DNA of 64,000 nt, taken from positions 1 through 64,000 of IMG/VR virus record IMGVR_UViG_3300036715_000153; one strand, 5' to 3'. Below are positions 59,221-64,000 of this stretch, in pieces. The notes beneath the pieces are model-generated. The model saw nothing but the letters and a program-made list of their open reading frames with translations, searched no databases and was not told where the DNA came from. Origin of the DNA: a virus. The first letter of the stretch is position 1; each line of letters opens with the position of its first letter. The position numbers and the translations under genes were made by a program.

Positions 59221-59874
59221 TTACACTCTGGTGACAGTAGTCGAACCCGCATTAGAATTAATCTGCTGAGATATTGTACCTGCTGTTCTTGATGTATCAG
59301 TTACAACTAAGGGTTTAGTCATATCAAGACCATACAACGCATAGATTTCCTGTAACATAATCAACTGATTAGGAGTTAATCCATCTACTTGAGCAGATAC
59401 CTTAGTATCAATATCCCCTGCAAGCGACAGCGTATCTTTAACTAACTTACCTGCTGTGCCTGCTATATTATATGTTGATAAATCTGTTGCCCAAGGATCA
59501 CCTACCTTAACGTTTATCAAACCAGCTGAGTTATGAGGTACTATTGATACTTGATTTAGATTTCTCTTACTGTGTATATTATTGTTGCTACCAGTTATAT
59601 TTACTTGATATTGACCATCTTCGAATGTAATACTATATGGGTCCAATATCTCGATAGTTCTTGCATAAGTCAATCCGTCGATTGTAACTTCTGTGTTGTG
59701 TCGGTTTGTATCTGGCATATACATACCATCTTCACTATCGGCCCAGTCATTTAACGCATTTCTAAAAGCATTGCTATCCAATTCATAAATTTCGAATGGC
59801 AGAGATTGTACCAAAGTCATAAAAGATTTTGGTACTGATATAATGAACGTAGCTGGGTCGATTGTTATTGCCAT
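59221..59874 (-). CDS. hypothetical virion-associated protein
   Basis: 217-aa ORF after TATAAATA late promoter (59887-59880). Confidence 0.6.
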   Translation of the reverse strand: MAITIDPATFIISVPKSFMTLVQSLPFEIYELDSNAFRNALNDWADSEDGMYMPDTNRHNTEVTIDGLTYARTIEILDPYSITFEDGQYQVNITGSNNNIHSKRNLNQVSIVPHNSAGLINVKVGDPWATDLSTYNIAGTAGKLVKDTLSLAGDIDTKVSAQVDGLTPNQLIMLQEIYALYGLDMTKPLVVTDTSRTAGTISQQINSNAGSTTVTRV

Positions 59875-59936
59875 ACTATTATTTATACGAGCATAAACGT
59901 AACAGCCTTTTTAGCTGTTACGCGGTCTACACTTCA

Positions 59937-62900
59937 TTATTCATCTCTGGTTAGTAGGACAGTCAAGTCTAAGCCAGCTGCACCAACCGTTGCTGATATT
60001 GTATATGCTTTATATAAAGTTCCAGCTGCAACAGTTGCTCTACGAACTTGACCTTGTACATCCTGGATATATTGTGTTGTTCCTGTTATAACCCCAGACG
60101 AGTTTGTAGTTCCTGTAAGCACTAAGTTCGATCCAACCGTTGTAATAATTCTAACTCTTGCATTCTGTACTGGTGCAAGGGTAACGCCGTCTTTAACTGT
60201 TACAGTAACCGGAACAGTATCTAGCGGATACTGAGTAGCCATCGCCGCAGCAGTAACCACAGTCGGTACAGCAATCGTTGTCAACAAGTTATTTGCAGCA
60301 TACGTGTTTGTCTTGGTTTTAATTTTCATCTTAAAGCCAGTACTACTAACAATTGAGTTCTCGTTATGTATACTTGCAAATGCCAATGCCTGAGATGCAG
60401 CATTCGTACCAGCAACAGACATCGTAAATACAGTTGCCGATGTTATAGATGCAACCGTTGATGTAGCAGGAATGTTAGCAGGAGTTGTGATGTCAAAAAT
60501 ATTATCACCAACTAATATACCATAAGTAGAGCTTGATCCTGTTATCGCAGTTGACGAAACAGTTTGGTTTGTCGCCGATATAGTTGGGTTACTCGTACCA
60601 CCTGGAAAAGCAATTGTACTGACTTCATATGTACCAGTCTTACCATTCTTAGCATCAATGACACGAGTAATTATTGTGTTAGCAGCAATACCTGTACCAG
60701 TTACAATATATCCTTCATACAATTTACCAGAAGTCCATGCCGAGACTGTCAACACGTTGCCTGAAATTGATCCTGTCACAGATGTAGATAACGGAGTCAA
60801 CGTTACAGTAGTTGTAGATGATATAGTCCAACCTGGGTGTGCAGCGAAAGCGGTAGTTACGTTTGATCCTTTAAAGTAAAGATTTTTCCATACTCCAGAG
60901 AATCCTGAGCCTACATCCAAATCATAAAAGAAGTCATGATTAATTGGATTTGTAGCGGTAAATGTTGGTGCTGTCATTGTATATGGAGCAACAGTACCAT
61001 TCGTAAATCTACTATGACCATATATCTGATATGGTGTAGTCCACTCTACCTCATCTGCAACGTTCAATAGTGCAAGCGTACCGACAGATGTAAAACCAGA
61101 GCCGACATCCATCTTGTTAATTGTATATGATGAAGCGGATGGTTCTTTATTTGTTTTCTCATTCATCTGTACCACTATCTTACCAGATACTGGGCTAGTG
61201 CTACCGCCTGAAGTCCAAACGTCTGGATTAATAGGAGCAGCAACAGAGAATGAAGTTGCAGTTGGTGCAGGCGATGACAATACTGTCCACGTACCATTAT
61301 ATCCAGATGTCATTTGATATGTTGTTGCGGATAAAACACCAGATACAATAACTTTATCACCTGCTGATAATCCGTTTGTACCAGTGTTGACAAAGTTTAT
61401 CTGTCCGCCGTTTGTAGTAGTCCAAGCAGTTCCAGTTGTGATAGGAACTGCTGTTTGGGTGTACATATCTTCCCAGTGATGCCCATATACAGCAGTCTGA
61501 CCTGTAGTTGAGTTAGTGCCGCCGTATTTTCTTAATACAGTGTTAAGTGGAGTGTTTGTATATACAACAGCTGCGCCTACCCAACAGTCTTCGAATGTAA
61601 TACCAGAGTATGAGTTATCTACAGCATTCATGATACCTGTTGCTGTAAGTGTAGTATATACTCGCTGCACTGAAATATTATATGCTGCACCACCTGCTGC
61701 GCCTACCATGATATATGTTAATGGGTTAGCAGAACCAGCAGATAGAGGGGCAGCGATCGTTCCAATGTTTCTAACCTTGATATTGTTAGAACCAACCAAA
61801 GCAGAGAATATGCCAGAAAGTGGCTGAGTGTTAGCAACAATACCTCTAGCGAATGTAACTCCATTGATAGTGATGCCAGTAGAGTTTGATGTCATGCCAA
61901 ACATCACCTGACCAGTAGTGGCAGTGGTTGCACCTTCTAAGGTGTCCATGTAATCGTTATCTGTCCATGTGTTATTAGTACATGTGGTTATGAGATTAGT
62001 ACCACCGGTTGTCCTAGTTCTGGTGAATGTACAGTTAGCAACACGAGTCAACGATCTTGATCCAGATGTAGCATTACGTGCAGTAGCACCTGCTGTCGCA
62101 GTTGTTCTTAATATTAAACAAGAATCGTTAATAACTGTAACACCAGTCATATCCGCCCATATTTGAGCATACCAACTAGCTGTACCGTTATGAAATTTTC
62201 CCCATGTGCAGTTTGATATTGTTCCACCACCATAACACAAACCAATATTCAAGACAGATGCTTGAGCAGAAGATGCTACAGCTGATATGCCAGTATTCAC
62301 GTTATTCAGTTTAAATGAAGAAGCAATCTCTGAGAAGTTTAACGACTCGGATTGTATGACGTGATTGTATGTGAATGAATATGCTTGTGGTGATTGAAAA
62401 TACCAAGGAATTGAAGCTCTGGTAACCGATATTGTACCGATAACACCACCAGTTGCAATCTTTGGTCTTGTGGTTAATGTTGATGCTGGTGTTATTTGTG
62501 ACAATACCCCAGCCGTAGCTGCTTTTGCAGAATCCGAACATATAACGTTTGGTATAAGAATTCTCATACCATGAGCAGGCAAATACCCCCAAACGTTAGT
62601 GCCGTCTCCGCCAAATCTACATGAACCGGAAGCAGAAAAGAAGTGTACGTGTTTACCTTGTTCACTATTCGTTGGGAATGCTGATGCAGTAACAGCCATA
62701 TTACCTAAACCAGTATAAAACTCATACTGCAATAACTTAGCGAATGAGAAAGTACCAGGGTCAGTTGCCATAGCAATTCTAAATGTGGTTGTGCTAGGAC
62801 AGTCAAATATTTCAAATATACCATCATACGTCAATGGTACAGTGAAATCTAATTCGATCACTTGACCAGCATATAATCCGTGTGCCTTATTTGTTGTGAT

Positions 62901-63998
62901 TGTAGTATAGCCGCCAGCCCATGAAGTAGAAGAAATAGTTAAGTCTGATGTTAATGAACCACCAGATGTATATGTTCCGGGATTATTGACCATCGCAGCA
63001 GTTATTGTTACAGTGGTTGTTGATGCATAAGACTTACCAGTAACAACAAAGATACCATTGTATGCAGCAGGTGTAACGTTTAAAACTTGGAACTGATCAC
63101 CAACTATCAGTTTATCAATAAATGGCCCGAGGGTTGTTGTCGTGAAGGTAACAACGTTCGCTGCCCATGATGCTGTAGATATAACGCCGAACGTAGATGC
63201 TTTCTCTACCCATGCACCTGCATAAGGGGTTAATGCTGTGGATGAGCCGCCTGATGCCGGAAACTGGACGATCTGTTGCGCAGTATTATTTGTTGTAAGT
63301 CTTGCGTACCCAACACCACCAGTCGATGCTCCTAAGCCAACAAACGTATTATCTGTTATCGTAAATGTTGTGGTGCTTGGAACAGTAGTTACTAACCACG
63401 AACCATTTAATGCAGCAACCGATTGACCATTTAATGTAACAGTAGATCCAACAACTAACCCGTGGGTCGATGTTGTAACAGTCACAGAATTCGCTACAGC
63501 TGCCGTAGATGATGTAACAGTAAACGGCATTGTTTTAGGAGTAAACCAATCACCATTAATTGTAAAGGAAGCGACACGAGGAATTGTATGAGAAGAAGTT
63601 TCTGCACCAACTACTTCGATCCAACCCCTTTGTTCTTGTCCTGCACATGTAGCTACTGCTGTTACTGTGCCATTACCGGATAATGCAAGAGCTACACCTG
63701 ATCTGAAAGGTCCATTAGAAATATTTTTTACTTTTATATAGCCTAATGGAGACACACTGCCAGCTGTGCCTGGACCAGCAGTCCATGATGACCATGCACC
63801 TAAGAATACCGATCCGACTGTCTTTGTAATCGTACCAGCATTCTCTGTTGCAGGATTTGATCCAATTGTAAAAGTGAATACAGTCGGCGATACGACCGAT
63901 GCCACTGTAACTGTACCGTTGAAGTTTGTTGTACCTGTAATGACAACCGAGTTGCCTACTGCAACAGTGTGAGCTGCGATTGTAGTTGCTGTTGCTAC
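59937..63998 (-). CDS. large fibre/adhesin-like virion protein, 5' end beyond window
   Basis: Frame stays open to the window edge; HGL..G repeats, beta-helix-like T/N/S/G region, C-terminal Ig/carboxypeptidase-regulatory-like domain. Confidence 0.75.
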   Translation of the reverse strand, partial: VATATTIAAHTVAVGNSVVITGTTNFNGTVTVASVVSPTVFTFTIGSNPATENAGTITKTVGSVFLGAWSSWTAGPGTAGSVSPLGYIKVKNISNGPFRSGVALALSGNGTVTAVATCAGQEQRGWIEVVGAETSSHTIPRVASFTINGDWFTPKTMPFTVTSSTAAVANSVTVTTSTHGLVVGSTVTLNGQSVAALNGSWLVTTVPSTTTFTITDNTFVGLGASTGGVGYARLTTNNTAQQIVQFPASGGSSTALTPYAGAWVEKASTFGVISTASWAANVVTFTTTTLGPFIDKLIVGDQFQVLNVTPAAYNGIFVVTGKSYASTTTVTITAAMVNNPGTYTSGGSLTSDLTISSTSWAGGYTTITTNKAHGLYAGQVIELDFTVPLTYDGIFEIFDCPSTTTFRIAMATDPGTFSFAKLLQYEFYTGLGNMAVTASAFPTNSEQGKHVHFFSASGSCRFGGDGTNVWGYLPAHGMRILIPNVICSDSAKAATAGVLSQITPASTLTTRPKIATGGVIGTISVTRASIPWYFQSPQAYSFTYNHVIQSESLNFSEIASSFKLNNVNTGISAVASSAQASVLNIGLCYGGGTISNCTWGKFHNGTASWYAQIWADMTGVTVINDSCLILRTTATAGATARNATSGSRSLTRVANCTFTRTRTTGGTNLITTCTNNTWTDNDYMDTLEGATTATTGQVMFGMTSNSTGITINGVTFARGIVANTQPLSGIFSALVGSNNIKVRNIGTIAAPLSAGSANPLTYIMVGAAGGAAYNISVQRVYTTLTATGIMNAVDNSYSGITFEDCWVGAAVVYTNTPLNTVLRKYGGTNSTTGQTAVYGHHWEDMYTQTAVPITTGTAWTTTNGGQINFVNTGTNGLSAGDKVIVSGVLSATTYQMTSGYNGTWTVLSSPAPTATSFSVAAPINPDVWTSGGSTSPVSGKIVVQMNEKTNKEPSASSYTINKMDVGSGFTSVGTLALLNVADEVEWTTPYQIYGHSRFTNGTVAPYTMTAPTFTATNPINHDFFYDLDVGSGFSGVWKNLYFKGSNVTTAFAAHPGWTISSTTTVTLTPLSTSVTGSISGNVLTVSAWTSGKLYEGYIVTGTGIAANTIITRVIDAKNGKTGTYEVSTIAFPGGTSNPTISATNQTVSSTAITGSSSTYGILVGDNIFDITTPANIPATSTVASITSATVFTMSVAGTNAASQALAFASIHNENSIVSSTGFKMKIKTKTNTYAANNLLTTIAVPTVVTAAAMATQYPLDTVPVTVTVKDGVTLAPVQNARVRIITTVGSNLVLTGTTNSSGVITGTTQYIQDVQGQVRRATVAAGTLYKAYTISATVGAAGLDLTVLLTRDE

Positions 63999-64000
63999 GT

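Noticed and set aside
1857-63972. Most plus-strand track ORFs (e.g. 7626-8012, 21335-21805, 48290-48700, 50425-50868)
   Set aside because: Antisense shadows of well-supported minus-strand genes with no recognisable motifs; only 47142-48287 and 54877-55497 accepted
1-64000. Apparent abundance of TCGA/GATC/CGAT tetramers as the DpdA target motif
   Set aside because: Visual impression only; it needs observed/expected k-mer counts and modification mapping, which I cannot run

Overview
This 64-kb window is part of a T4-like myovirus genome. Nearly all genes are on the minus strand and the standard genetic code reads normally. A lipoprotein/spanin-like pair, IHF-consensus sites, sigma70 promoters and the tmRNA tag point to a Gram-negative, probably proteobacterial, host. 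Reading along the minus strand, it holds a 5'-truncated fibre-like virion protein and gp18, gp19, gp20, gp67, gp68, gp21, gp22, gp23 and gp3. Next come uvsY, uvsW, gp55, gp47, gp46, an RNA cluster and a 7-deazaguanine DNA-modification operon. Then come uvsX, gp41, the DNA polymerase, phoH, DNA ligase, dexA, rnh, RNA ligase 1 and many small early ORFs behind a repeated promoter cassette. Highlights are: (1) a split gp43A/gp43B polymerase, separated by a free-standing HNH gene, where gp43B has a 37-codon first exon missing from the ORF track and an ORF-less 245-nt group I intron inside motif B; (2) a circularly permuted, two-piece tmRNA gene with tag ANDSMGAYALAA; (3) a folE/queD/queE/dpdA/dpdL-like operon with no queC in the window, plus a glycosyltransferase, a kinase-nucleotidyltransferase fusion and a PRTase, which may make an undescribed deazaguanine derivative; (4) several non-canonical tRNA-like and structured RNAs; (5) one ~55-aa beta module shared by the capsid, sheath and fibre proteins. 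All calls are from manual motif recognition; no searches or folding programs were run.
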